Part shown: positions 51,901-60,848 of the stretch, piece by piece
Layout of the letters: every line of letters begins with the position of its first letter
Numbering within the stretch: the stretch's first letter is position 1
Source of the DNA: Barthelona sp. PCE
Lineage: Eukaryota
Direction: 5' to 3'
DNA: 64,000 bases
NCBI GenBank assembly: GCA_040285745.1
Contig: JAUFOR010000002.1
Location: 1,736,001 to 1,800,000, forward strand
The notes under the pieces: model-generated
Databases searched by the model: none
What the model saw: only the letters and a program-made list of their open reading frames with translations
Told to the model about the DNA's origin: nothing
Made by a program: the position numbers and the translations under genes

Positions 51901-54900
51901 AAGTTTGGTAATACTCACAGGAAATTATACACAGAGAAACAATCTTTGAGTGACATCCTTCAGCCATTTCAAAAAAAACAGACTTATGAGTGTGATTGAC
52001 CAGCTGTAATACAACTCCGTCCGCAATCACGCTGACGTTCGCTGAGGCTGGACCAATATTCGACCCAAAGGCACCAATAACAAAACCGGCCGTACTCGAC
52101 CTATTAGAGGTTGTAATTTCGGCATCAGCATATCGAAGAGTACCACATGTGAATGATACATGCCCACGTATCGCCCTGCACTCCCATTCACCGACACCCT
52201 CAGGTACATCCAGCGAAAATTGAGCGTGATTGAAAACAGTAACATTCTGACACGTCACGTTCTCGATGCATACTAATATTTCTGTTCCTGTGGGACCGAA
52301 GTTGTGCCCAAAGTAAGTCACTGTCTCACCGGATGTAGCTGGTGAGTGTGACACTGTGAAAAACTGGGGGGATGCTCTTCCAATCACAAAGACTGAAGAG
52401 GTACGACCGCATACCGTCAGAACAACCGAAACATTGTCGATACCCTCTGGCACCTCAATCTTAACCGATGTCTGATCAATATAATAAACAGGAAAGACCG
52501 CTTCATCAGTTGAAGCCACTAATTCACACAAGCCTGATCCAAACGAGCTACCAACCACTGTTACATTAGTAACACGTGTGTTTGACTCAGAGTGATCTGT
52601 AATGATTGGTCCGCTTCGATCAACTGAGAAAGTGCTGCACGTGTAGACGCATACAGTCACGTTATCCATGGTATCACCCTCGGAAACATCAATTTCAATC
52701 ACAGTGCCATTAATACTGTTCACAGTTGATACTACACCGTCGATGTAAACTTCAGTAATGGAAGCAATAGGGCTTCCGAAGTTATCTCCCCAAACAATGA
52801 GCGTACCACCACTTGTTGAAACACTACGTACTCTGGAGATGGTGGGGCCACTGTATGGTATGGATGAATTGACACATAGAGAACCAACACACACCTTCAA
52901 GTCTGTATACGTTGCGTTGTTACATATCTGCAACTCTAGCTCCGACTCATCCCTGTGCAGAGTTCCAGCCAATGGAAAACACCCTGCAAAGTTACATAAG
53001 TGTGTTGTGATGACTGTGCCATCGATACCAAAGTTGGAAATGTTCACAATTGCTGTTGAGCAACTCGAAAGAGAGACGTTCCCGTTCCATTCTATCTCAG
53101 GAGATTCGTATTCCTGAGTAACTGAACCATTTGTGCTGCCTGAAAAAGGTGAAATGGTATACGTTGAGTCGCCAGGTGGAATAAACGCAGTTACAGCATC
53201 TTGACATGCCAAAGCGCTGCTAAAAACATAACAGTGCGTTGCATTACACCTCATTGGTGAATCACTGTGAACGAAACTGTGTAACGCATTGACTTCTTCA
53301 CTGTCTACTGAGGCGATAGGTAAAAGATTAGTTCTATCTCTGATGATATAGGGATAAAAACACTGCTCAATGCTCTTTGTTGTCAGTTTAACGTCGCCAA
53401 TGAAGAGTGACTGATTAAATATTCCAAGACCAGTTACCGAAACGTTTGCGCCAGAAGTGGGTGACATTTCAACTGCAATTATGTGAGGAACGCTATCAAG
53501 CATTGTACAAAACTCGCCCTTCCTACCGTATGCGCATTCACAAGTGCCATTATGACACATGCCACCATTGCAATCATACAAACATGTCAGCAAACTGCAA
53601 CTGCCACCGTGATAACCATCAAAACACTCACATGTGCCATTGTTGCATGTACCGTGCCTTGAACAATCGTTTTCACATGTCAAAAGCTCACATGCTGTAC
53701 CGTTGAAACCATCATTACACTGACATGCGCTGTCCAGGCAAACACCACGGTTAGAGCAGTTGTTCGGACAAGGGACATCGAAATCTAAGGTGAACCCTGT
53801 GTCGAACATAATACCACCACGAATCAACGCCAATGTAGCATTGAAAGAGACTGTGAAATTGTTGAGCAGCATATCGGTGATCTGAACATGGACAACATTA
53901 GCACTTAAGGCGTAACCGTTAATAATTACACCATCCAAAGACAAGGTAATATTTGATCCCGTTGCGGCCAAATCTTTTCCTTTGAGTTCGATCACCTGTG
54001 AATAACCTGGTATAAGCTCAATTTCGGTCTGATTAATCGAATCAAACTGCGGGTTCCGCCTTTTAACGGAAACAGTTTGGGATTGACCATCAAAACTTAC
54101 AGTAAATGACGAATTATGGTTGCTCGGTGGAAGAGAGACGGTAAAAATGTGGGAAGACCAGTCATCACCGTGTATACTCGCTTCACTGATAATAGATGTG
54201 TTGTGCACCATCGAAGGAACACATCTCTCCTCTAACAAACACAGTTCACCAGTTCGAACACCTATCGATGTTGTGCAATTACGCCAATACTCGGTGTAAC
54301 CAATCTCATATCGTGTAGCGTAGCTGTCCATTGACAGTCCACCACCGGAATACATCTCTGTGAATATCTCGCTTTGAGTATCAATTAATGTACCGTTCTC
54401 AAACACCTGACAGACTGTTGTATTATCAACCAAGACGTGTATTGCACAGACAGTTTCGTTGAAACAATGCTCACCAACATGCTCTATCGCGGTGATCGTA
54501 TGAGTGGAGTTTGTTGTACTACCGCCGGAAAACCCGTACAACTGGGACATCACGTCTGATGACATGATTACGTGTGTGTTTGCGTATTCGGTACCACACT
54601 CCGTCACTATCTCATATAGATATGTGGTGACGTTCACCATAGAAGGATGTGCTGTTTGGAATGAGAGCTCTGTGTCTTTGTCAATCGTCAAATTGGATAT
54701 CTGTGGCATGTTCCACCCTTCAACAGTGGTGTTTCCGCCATCTACGCCAACAGTAACCGAATCTACAATAAAAAGCGGCGGAGCTGGGACGCTTACATTT
54801 TTGTGCGCCACATTGTGCCCCTCACTTGTTACGATGGATACTATACCACCAGCATACAACATGAATGATATTAATTCTGACTCAGTGCACGCACTCTCCA

Positions 54901-56914
54901 ATGGAATACTAACATTAATCGACACTGAAGGAATAACCACTCCGTCAAAATAAACAGAATAAGTCCAGTCACCTGTGTTTGAAACATTGGCCGTACAGTT
55001 GCTGCCATGAACGTCTCCATTCCACCACATATCCTCGATGTACGGTAAGGTGGTAATGTTGCAAAATGTACCGCTGAACTCAGAGCTACATTCACATATG
55101 CCTGTTGTTGTATTACACTGGCCGTTCCCACTACACATCAGCCCGCCATCTGACGGACATGTGAGCAGCTCGCATGCATCACCAAACCTGTCATCATTAC
55201 ACACACAAGTGCCGTTGACAAGACAATCACCACCATCGTTACAATCATCAATACATTCCTTGTTTTGGCAATTGATACCATAATACATATCAGGGCACTC
55301 ACATATACCAACAGTCGAGTTACATATAGCACCGTTCTCACACACTGGGCACTGACATGATCCATCAGTGCACAACGCTGTACAGTTCTCGTGACAGCTC
55401 CTATTAAAGTAAACTGACATCTCGCTAACCGAAAGGAACTCACCTGTTGTGGAATACGAAACTTTGGGACGAAGAGTTGTACCCTCAAGATCGACTGTGC
55501 TATTAATGAGAACAACCATCTGTGTGTCTGAAACCACGTCAACAAAGATGTTATCAATGATCAGTGTCTCGTTCTCATTATAAAGAGAGAAAACAAAATT
55601 AAAGTGGTCAAGTTTTGAACCTGTTCCTAATGGAGCAAATGAAGTTCCATTGAAAACAAGGTTGCATTCCGAGGAAGGCAAGCATTGCAAATCATCACCG
55701 CTAAAAAGAGACGCGGGCGCTACCATCGTCTGGTTATACATCTGTACAACACGACTTGCGCGGAAATTTCCTGTGTGAAAATAGTTGGGGATAAATGGTG
55801 CCCTCAAAACTGTGAGAGTATCATCCCATGTTGTGCCATCTCCCCACGATGCTTGTCTATTCTGACCCCAGAAATAAAGCGTTCCATCATCCATCACATA
55901 GCAGCCGGCCAACGACAAACCCATACATGGACGGTGGATAACTCTTGGCGACCACACTTTTGTTGGGGTGGGTCCACATGTAGACCACGAATATACGCCT
56001 ATTATCTTGAAACCAACACCAGAAACGTATAACTCATTTGATGTGGAAAAAAATCCAATTATCTGTGAAGTCAGCGACATATCTTTGATCAGAGATCCGT
56101 CGGATACGCCGTACGGTCTGAACTCGTCGATGTAGGAAGAGCGACCAATGAGATCATCCGTATACGATCCGAGGGAGTCTCCTCCACATGAGTAAGCTAA
56201 TCCGTTACGGTCAACAGCGTATGATGTCCATACATTGGCATACACCCGCTCGAAGAACACGCCATCGATTGATGGGTAGTCTAACATTGTTGGAGTGAAA
56301 CACTCGGTTGTGTTTGGCTGACCAAGTTTCAGGTCGTCTGATTTTCCCCATGACCAGAGACGCCCATCGACGTCAACCACGAACGCTGCTCGCCCGCTGG
56401 TGCTCATGTCGGTTACCCTAACAGTTGAATTTGGATGAGAGAAAGAAACTAGTGTTGGGATGAAGACTGCGTTCACAGTCGTCTCGTTCATCCATATATA
56501 GTCACCGGTGGCGTAAAGCAGCCCATCTTCGGTAAGGAAGAAGGTGCTATGGTATCCTGCAACGATCTTCTTCAAAGGAACACCGCGGAAAAAATGTAAC
56601 TCTTCTGGATACCCTGTGTAATTTGTGTGGTTTAGTCCTAATTGTCCAACTGTGTTGTACCCTGCGACGTAAACAGAGTTGTTCGTTAACTGGACAACAA
56701 AATGACCTCCACCGACAGCAAATGTTGCGATTGGAAGGTTTTCAAAAAACGGGTGTTTTTCAGGGAATGCATAGTGTGTGACGTTCGAATCCAGGCCCAA
56801 CTGGCCAATATCGTTATTTCCAAACACATAAAACCCTAAACCTCCAGGAATAAAAAAATATAGAACAAAAATGACCCATATACATTTTTGGTGCAATAAA
56901 CCCTTACTTTTCAT
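45914..56914 (-). CDS. Giant (3666 aa) type I surface protein: two RCC1/BLIP-II-like propeller blocks, IPT/TIG repeats, tenascin- and laminin-type EGF arrays, TM, short tail
   Basis: Signal peptide; FGNNDIGQLGL and FGNGIYGQLGL RCC1-type repeats; many GxNFG IPT motifs; CxxxCxxxGxCxxGxCxC EGF repeats; TM FSFFMLFLLIFFFALVVIFC followed by RKKKKR. Confidence 0.85.
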   Translation of the reverse strand: MKSKGLLHQKCIWVIFVLYFFIPGGLGFYVFGNNDIGQLGLDSNVTHYAFPEKHPFFENLPIATFAVGGGHFVVQLTNNSVYVAGYNTVGQLGLNHTNYTGYPEELHFFRGVPLKKIVAGYHSTFFLTEDGLLYATGDYIWMNETTVNAVFIPTLVSFSHPNSTVRVTDMSTSGRAAFVVDVDGRLWSWGKSDDLKLGQPNTTECFTPTMLDYPSIDGVFFERVYANVWTSYAVDRNGLAYSCGGDSLGSYTDDLIGRSSYIDEFRPYGVSDGSLIKDMSLTSQIIGFFSTSNELYVSGVGFKIIGVYSWSTCGPTPTKVWSPRVIHRPCMGLSLAGCYVMDDGTLYFWGQNRQASWGDGTTWDDTLTVLRAPFIPNYFHTGNFRASRVVQMYNQTMVAPASLFSGDDLQCLPSSECNLVFNGTSFAPLGTGSKLDHFNFVFSLYNENETLIIDNIFVDVVSDTQMVVLINSTVDLEGTTLRPKVSYSTTGEFLSVSEMSVYFNRSCHENCTALCTDGSCQCPVCENGAICNSTVGICECPDMYYGINCQNKECIDDCNDGGDCLVNGTCVCNDDRFGDACELLTCPSDGGLMCSGNGQCNTTTGICECSSEFSGTFCNITTLPYIEDMWWNGDVHGSNCTANVSNTGDWTYSVYFDGVVIPSVSINVSIPLESACTESELISFMLYAGGIVSIVTSEGHNVAHKNVSVPAPPLFIVDSVTVGVDGGNTTVEGWNMPQISNLTIDKDTELSFQTAHPSMVNVTTYLYEIVTECGTEYANTHVIMSSDVMSQLYGFSGGSTTNSTHTITAIEHVGEHCFNETVCAIHVLVDNTTVCQVFENGTLIDTQSEIFTEMYSGGGLSMDSYATRYEIGYTEYWRNCTTSIGVRTGELCLLEERCVPSMVHNTSIISEASIHGDDWSSHIFTVSLPPSNHNSSFTVSFDGQSQTVSVKRRNPQFDSINQTEIELIPGYSQVIELKGKDLAATGSNITLSLDGVIINGYALSANVVHVQITDMLLNNFTVSFNATLALIRGGIMFDTGFTLDFDVPCPNNCSNRGVCLDSACQCNDGFNGTACELLTCENDCSRHGTCNNGTCECFDGYHGGSCSLLTCLYDCNGGMCHNGTCECAYGRKGEFCTMLDSVPHIIAVEMSPTSGANVSVTGLGIFNQSLFIGDVKLTTKSIEQCFYPYIIRDRTNLLPIASVDSEEVNALHSFVHSDSPMRCNATHCYVFSSALACQDAVTAFIPPGDSTYTISPFSGSTNGSVTQEYESPEIEWNGNVSLSSCSTAIVNISNFGIDGTVITTHLCNFAGCFPLAGTLHRDESELELQICNNATYTDLKVCVGSLCVNSSIPYSGPTISRVRSVSTSGGTLIVWGDNFGSPIASITEVYIDGVVSTVNSINGTVIEIDVSEGDTMDNVTVCVYTCSTFSVDRSGPIITDHSESNTRVTNVTVVGSSFGSGLCELVASTDEAVFPVYYIDQTSVKIEVPEGIDNVSVVLTVCGRTSSVFVIGRASPQFFTVSHSPATSGETVTYFGHNFGPTGTEILVCIENVTCQNVTVFNHAQFSLDVPEGVGEWECRAIRGHVSFTCGTLRYADAEITTSNRSSTAGFVIGAFGSNIGPASANVSVIADGVVLQLVNHTHKSVFFEMAEGCHSKIVSLCIISCEYYQTSFLVEYLHPTLSGATPRLISTEGGHVVFTGSNLGATNNVSLTFETNLGVKGNASCQSDSHTSLLCDFNQMIGNPTNVTIMLSVCELQTTGSDLIGANKPVINMLRPNIAPQFGTTPVIVFGSNFGTNITVVSVEICGSNVPLQTVLHNSTEITSLPQNVGSCDITVTVHGQIVTHTAGLRYYDTRIYSFGNGIYGQLGLDGVASQTTPQPISSIYDKRVLDIEVGSSECVAVCSDSVYAWGRNYYGNIGQNCDKYILSPVAYSVSYDSVSLGQKHGVFINATGAYGSGAFDDMKLAPHTSDLCNPEELSLVSVINATMAAASAEATLIANETHVYGTGASNHGIFGSYSTFDTPVLVYSSDSNVIVSLKMLGSFMLVLLDNGDVYAKGEGGLLGDCSNTDQLSAIKVATNVSAISTGEDIGFFVYKNGTVQAFGDNTDLLESTSSCPVWLNFDAAITSVSVFKDHAIAVSINGAAYCWGRDDSGSCGLGFSKADSLIESPTQIVKNVPFVLAGVGSAHSLLLAGWPEPIITSVTEECNSVDGNCNILMEGHNFALNNDDQPLIRWNGIPIAAESVSGTEISVNSKEGCAHAVLRVEWPEYSIEHHHRYDNISVVRMEPTVISPWGEIVTVEVQNMPQYFEPTVVLNGSVDCEIVFINVTHVVFRVPSVYGVYQAVLYVCGQEHFLGEIRTLDFTLGAIHPLTLSSVQTNILVIQAEKFPPPSVSPNVSVDVGHWPCTVVSFNETTVKCSMGPAYGYNMKLRVCTRLHCVNHIMLSFDHIDTVFNASSRATTTVPHRFVYYQRNGVSVTLLNDTILSTSQFDVYFGEGIETGSIVVEYINGSRVVVPGRFLVPHRVLRDSAVLFDCNKNEYILVDTSGIVLQVAEEVLYFDADRFAIVYSNGTIRHRYCALVLSSMQDVLGVAGNSTHTFIISNDTVLVIPENCIFTSYSLSNITGFSSVRDGLVLFTDNSTLLPAVHVGDDCTVIDEWCSLAWVYGHKYGQGLDINGSLVLLPFFDNVFSPYSTGIISHDRTCDAVGDLIIDNGKLHEVAFFQNTTIRTVVRTNLPNITSVSPTDAFTSGVVLDVYGSYLCGIELARVSLNGTFYPYSATCVSSSNLRVTIVNVPPGRASISVAHGSLLSNTLDAAITFFDLCEDDCNGNGECIRSVCHCDDDHFGDSCDKTVTCVNGVPDKNETSDGSCLFCTSDSYYGANCNQPVLCENGTPSHDVLGTGECLSCNGLFFGPLCDRTSTCVNGVPSTGPSGNGQCVSCSEGWDGLLCDKCKTGYFGQSCNMCPVCEHGTCSETLSGDGSCTCDTNWNGTLCDVCDINRHGDDCQHCDSGWATSQTGDCVICDHNFYGTSCAECPDCNNGVCLDGLGGNGRCMCRSGFAVPYCEDCIPTRFGSDCTQTVTCNMTNGVPSFGVDGNGHCEHCTGNYALPDCNLCSPGYYGPDCEYVCSDCLHGICDAGLGGSGQCECSEGWEGVLCDSKKCPQDCSGHGTCNNGTCICDRLFEVVSNCSVMRCEDGCDLHGTCTHSDDLSFAECVCDVGWTASDCMNMTCDSCVFGGCHNGTCVCFPDYTKDDCSKKMCPGSCNSRGSCWNGVCHCDAPYIGDACETETCKPDCIHGTCSNQECVCQEGFYDPACGSSESSCSGVGVRSSDGVCNCDPGFEGQVCNRVAITESTQFHLLLNQPLPAHASIDGLESTAFELTLVLPEPRHVTLLLESSNEHHRLMNVDSSLFNITNYEGGIAYTVNNISGTHVITISTPSSFGVAVDVTVNTTCPYACYGKGFCNPSYICECAGGYNGTHCGTSRCVEGCGDGECVGETQCMCSNGAMSSFCVLQSCLSCNGECTRGGTCLCSVWRSGTQCTSLSLFSFFMLFLLIFFFALVVIFCRKKKKRGGLNRIYSSVQSFSMLPFVAQPRPSTPITRRTGSRKRRKRYLKVKFQNVCDLRFEDSVEEEELEVCNDVHDIIIESDIDINQKPCSEESEENTE

Positions 56915-57015
56915 TAAATATATAACATTTTATGAGAAAAAATTCATTGTAAATAGGAAAGATAAGTTGTTACAACATAGAACTCCTCCTTCACAAACGT
57001 TGTTCGATTCAAATC

Positions 57016-57699
57016 ATGTCACAAGCGGGCTTCACGGAGAAGCACGTCCAACGCATCATGACATGTCAGTTTTACAGAGAGCATTGTTTTGGGCAGAGTT
57101 TAGCAGATATACCAAGGATTTGCAATGAATTGGAATATGTGGGTGTATATGATAACGTCCACGAACTCCCAAGTCCGTTTTTTTGTTGTTTTTATCGTTT
57201 GTATGTATTACGTCCAACAATTGTAACCGTCAAGATTTTTGTAGACTCTTCTATACCATATCTTCGGTTCCTTGCCCTGCTTTACATTCGTGTGTTTGGA
57301 ATAAGCAATCTGTTCGAGACCATTGTCAACAATCTTTCCGTCTTCTTACCACTTTGCTACCGTTCAAAAGAGGGTGTTCGAAAAGACACAACAATAGATG
57401 AATTATCAAATATTCTTTGCACAAAGACAACTCTATATGATGACTACCCACTTCCAGCTGTTCCTAACGAGTTGACCATCTTGTATGTCAACCGTACATC
57501 GCCTCTTTCTGTTTTCCCTCAATACGAAGCATTGCTGGAAAGGTTCGTGGAGAAAGAAAGGAATATTAGAGCCCGAAACAGCGCTTCACTGCATGCACAG
57601 CTTACAGAAGAATTGGAGGAATATGAGCGCAAACGCGAAGAATTTTTAACTGATTTGAAGGATAATTTGGAAATAAGAAAACAAATGCACGAAAGGTGA
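57016..57699 (+). CDS. PRP38: Pre-mRNA splicing factor Prp38
   Basis: RIMTCQFYREHCFG, LEYVG...PSPFFCCFYRL..LRP, YLRFLALLYIR, TTIDE; C-terminal charged helix. Confidence 0.8.
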   Translation: MSQAGFTEKHVQRIMTCQFYREHCFGQSLADIPRICNELEYVGVYDNVHELPSPFFCCFYRLYVLRPTIVTVKIFVDSSIPYLRFLALLYIRVFGISNLFETIVNNLSVFLPLCYRSKEGVRKDTTIDELSNILCTKTTLYDDYPLPAVPNELTILYVNRTSPLSVFPQYEALLERFVEKERNIRARNSASLHAQLTEELEEYERKREEFLTDLKDNLEIRKQMHER

Positions 57700-57705
57700 T
57701 AGCTA

Positions 57706-59967
57706 TTACTTTACAATCTGTAGGACAATGTCATCTGTTGAATCACGTGCAGTTGAGCCACAAAGATAATTCAAAAACTTTGTATACTGATCAGAATTAC
57801 ACGACGGCAGTTGCTGATAATTCATAACAAATAAGGGTTCAGTGTCATCGTTTGTAAGACAGTAATTGAAGTCACTACTGGCTTTCTCATATTCTCCCTT
57901 TGATCTAAGCAAGAATCCTCTTCTAAACCTACTCATAAGATCCATAGGGAATATCGTCACGATTTGGTCGAGGTCTTCAAGTGCAAGGTCGTATTCGCCG
58001 CTTAAAATGTATGATTTTGATCGTTCAACCAAATAAACCTGACTGATTTCCATATTGATTGATCTGAGGTTGCGAATTGCGGTTGCGAAATACTTATTCG
58101 CATCAAGTGGTTCATTTAATCGAATGTAACACAGTCCGATCAGATAACAGCACTCTGCTGAGTACTTCAGAGATACACTGAATGATAGCGCCCATAAGAA
58201 GTCTGCAACCGCATGTTGGTAATCATTCAAGCGGTAGTATGACATTCCACGCCAGTAAAGAACCTGGGAGACCGGTAAGTTCGTCTCGTTTATCTTCAAC
58301 TTAACATCATTCTCAGTCTGAGGCTTTGCACGCCCACGAGTATTCGCGTTTGTTCCCTCTGTAATTACCAAATGAGTGAAACCATACCTCAAAAGACAGT
58401 TGTTCAGATCATCAACAGCGTCCTTAAACTTTGAAAGATCATAGAAGCACCTTGCTCTTGCGAGGAAAATCTCTACGTCGTCCTTCTGCTGTGACTGATT
58501 GGTCAGAGTCAAGTTCTTGATAGCATCGTTGAACAAACCAAGCGATCGTTCAGTTGTGGCTAACGCAGCATACGCGCTTGATGTAGTGAAACCCAACTCT
58601 ATAGCGGACCTCAAATCGGTCAGTGAGTTCTCTAACTTATTAATGTGGTAGAAGCCAACGCCTCTTCTATAATGATACATTGCAATCTCACAGTCCAGAT
58701 CCGAACCCGATTGATTGATTGCGTTCTCAGCGATAGCAATCGCAAGAGAACCAGAGCGGTAGTGTTTATCGTTGTTATGATCCAATTCTCCTTTTTTCTC
58801 TTTGTGTGCAAGTTCTAGCGCGGTGGAAATAGCATTGATAATCTGCACATGATCACCCAACTCCTCGTATACATCAGCCAATGTGACATAAAGCTCTCGG
58901 TTGTTAGGACTGATCTCAAGACACCTGTTGAGCATCTTCAGAGCTGAACTAAAACTACTTAACTGGAGATTAACCTTACCGAGTTCGAATAGTGCCAATA
59001 CATGATTTTCATCCTCACTCAATATTGTCTCGAGATGCATTTTTGCATCATCCAGCATATCAAGACCGTGACACGTTAGGGCAAAACTATATCTGATCAT
59101 AGGATCCTTTGGAAGCAATTTGCAAGCATAATCAAGATCCTTAAACGATTCTTCAAGATTAGATGCCTCTCTCCAACAAGTACCGCGCATATAAAAGAAG
59201 TGCGGCTCCGGTTTCAATTCAATAGCTGTGTTTAGATCACTGATAGATGCCTGAAACTGTTCTAATTTCAGATAACTGATTGCTCTGTTGAGATAAAACG
59301 CAGGAACTTCTTTCTTCAACTCAATGGCTTGTGTTAAGTGTGCCAATGCTTGTGAGTTATGACCTATTGCGATTAACGCCAAGCCCAGATTAGACTGTGC
59401 TGCAGAGTCCATCCTGTTAATGGAAACAGACTCCGTCAGATCGTCCACTGCCGCTGACATATTGCCTAGGAAACGGTGACAACTGGCTCTTTGGAAATAT
59501 GCCTTTGAGAAGCGCGGATTGATCTTGATGGCCTCACTAAAGTCAGCAAGCGCCTCCTTGTACATGTCCATATCCATATAAACCAAACCTCTGTTCTGAT
59601 AATGAAAGTCATTCTTTTCCAACTGGATTGCTCGTGTAAGATCACTTAATGCAAGATCATATTTGAGCAGATGGCGAAAAGTGATGCCTCTGTACCCGTA
59701 ATATGCGCTGATTTCTGTATCAATCTTAATGGCTAATGTGTAATCGAAGATAGCTCTGGTAAAATCTTTCAGAAGACGGAAACAGTTTCCTCTCGCAAAG
59801 AAGTACTTTGAGAAATTCGACCGCAGCTCTATACAACGTGTGAAACATTGAATGGAGGATGTGAAATCTTTTTTTTTGTAAAGCTCAAGCCCTATCTTGT
59901 AATTTGAAATTGCTTCTCGTAAAACCCGACTTTCCTCTGATGCTGGAAGTCTGCGCCTTTGAGGCAT
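57706..59967 (-). CDS. Tetratricopeptide-repeat protein (many TPRs)
   Basis: Repeated YxxRGxxxxxLxxYxxAxxDxxxAI motifs across 753 aa. Confidence 0.88.
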   Translation of the reverse strand: MPQRRRLPASEESRVLREAISNYKIGLELYKKKDFTSSIQCFTRCIELRSNFSKYFFARGNCFRLLKDFTRAIFDYTLAIKIDTEISAYYGYRGITFRHLLKYDLALSDLTRAIQLEKNDFHYQNRGLVYMDMDMYKEALADFSEAIKINPRFSKAYFQRASCHRFLGNMSAAVDDLTESVSINRMDSAAQSNLGLALIAIGHNSQALAHLTQAIELKKEVPAFYLNRAISYLKLEQFQASISDLNTAIELKPEPHFFYMRGTCWREASNLEESFKDLDYACKLLPKDPMIRYSFALTCHGLDMLDDAKMHLETILSEDENHVLALFELGKVNLQLSSFSSALKMLNRCLEISPNNRELYVTLADVYEELGDHVQIINAISTALELAHKEKKGELDHNNDKHYRSGSLAIAIAENAINQSGSDLDCEIAMYHYRRGVGFYHINKLENSLTDLRSAIELGFTTSSAYAALATTERSLGLFNDAIKNLTLTNQSQQKDDVEIFLARARCFYDLSKFKDAVDDLNNCLLRYGFTHLVITEGTNANTRGRAKPQTENDVKLKINETNLPVSQVLYWRGMSYYRLNDYQHAVADFLWALSFSVSLKYSAECCYLIGLCYIRLNEPLDANKYFATAIRNLRSINMEISQVYLVERSKSYILSGEYDLALEDLDQIVTIFPMDLMSRFRRGFLLRSKGEYEKASSDFNYCLTNDDTEPLFVMNYQQLPSCNSDQYTKFLNYLCGSTARDSTDDIVLQIVK

Positions 59968-60239
59968 TGTTTACGAAGCGAAATGAGTAAAAAAAAGGAA
60001 TGTCACTAGATATGTCTGATGTAAATGCACTTCCTTCCTTTGATGCGGTTTTGAAGAGAATTTGGACCAGTTAATCCAGATTCAACGCCACGATGTAAGA
60101 AAAGAAACTTCTTCCCAAATTACTATGTGTCGCGGACAAGTTTTCAGATTGATTTCAAATTCTACAGGCAGCATTTACTATGTATCCATTATAACAAAGT
60201 TAAAACTATTGTAAATACGGTGTTATACCTTTTCACACC

Positions 60240-60845
60240 ATGTCTGGGAATATTGATAGCTACTTAGAGCGACTGACATCTGTTGCAGAGCTCTATATAA
60301 AGAATAAGGAAGAGTTTGAGCAAAGCATTGAACAGAAAGTTGAGCAAAGTAAGGATTTGAGCAACAATTTGCTTGAGTGTCTCCTATCCGAGATGAGTAC
60401 CATGCAAAGACTCTATGATCAGTACACAAGGCGCATTAAACACGATATTAGTCACATGCAAACACATATTGACAGTATGCGCAAAAAGGTTCTAGATGAA
60501 GAGAATACTGGTGCCCAAGATCTACGCATGCTTGCAGATGAGCTTAATGAGCTCACAAACACATTCAAAGCATATTCAAAGGAGCGTAAGGAGCTTCAGG
60601 ATAAAATTTATGATATGCGCAGTGAAGCAATCGACATGTGCCTCAATAACAGACAGTATAAGGGTGAAGAGGACATCAGGAACATGCTCGATCTCATTGA
60701 GAACCTCACCGGTCTCCATGTTAGCAGAACTTTAGGAAATATTGTTGAGGGTACAATAGGTGATTACACGTTCGAAGTAGATTTGACGGACCCCAAATCA
60801 AGGGACGAAATATGGAGCCTTCTGGTGAAAAGGAGCTTTCAGTAA
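60240..60845 (+). CDS. Coiled coil + C-terminal RWD-like domain; candidate kinetochore Spc24 (or Csm1-like)
   Basis: ~140 aa coiled coil, then LIENLTGLHV...VEGTI...FEVD...DEIWSLLV, resembling the Spc24 C-terminus (...DYLWSLV). Confidence 0.5.
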   Translation: MSGNIDSYLERLTSVAELYIKNKEEFEQSIEQKVEQSKDLSNNLLECLLSEMSTMQRLYDQYTRRIKHDISHMQTHIDSMRKKVLDEENTGAQDLRMLADELNELTNTFKAYSKERKELQDKIYDMRSEAIDMCLNNRQYKGEEDIRNMLDLIENLTGLHVSRTLGNIVEGTIGDYTFEVDLTDPKSRDEIWSLLVKRSFQ

Positions 60846-60848
60846 CGA

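Noticed and set aside
46095-56032. Many 60-160-aa alternative-frame and antisense ORFs inside the giant surface gene, and similarly within GS and the last gene
   Set aside because: Shadow ORFs expected from codon bias and Cys/Thr/Val-rich coding; none has independent motifs.
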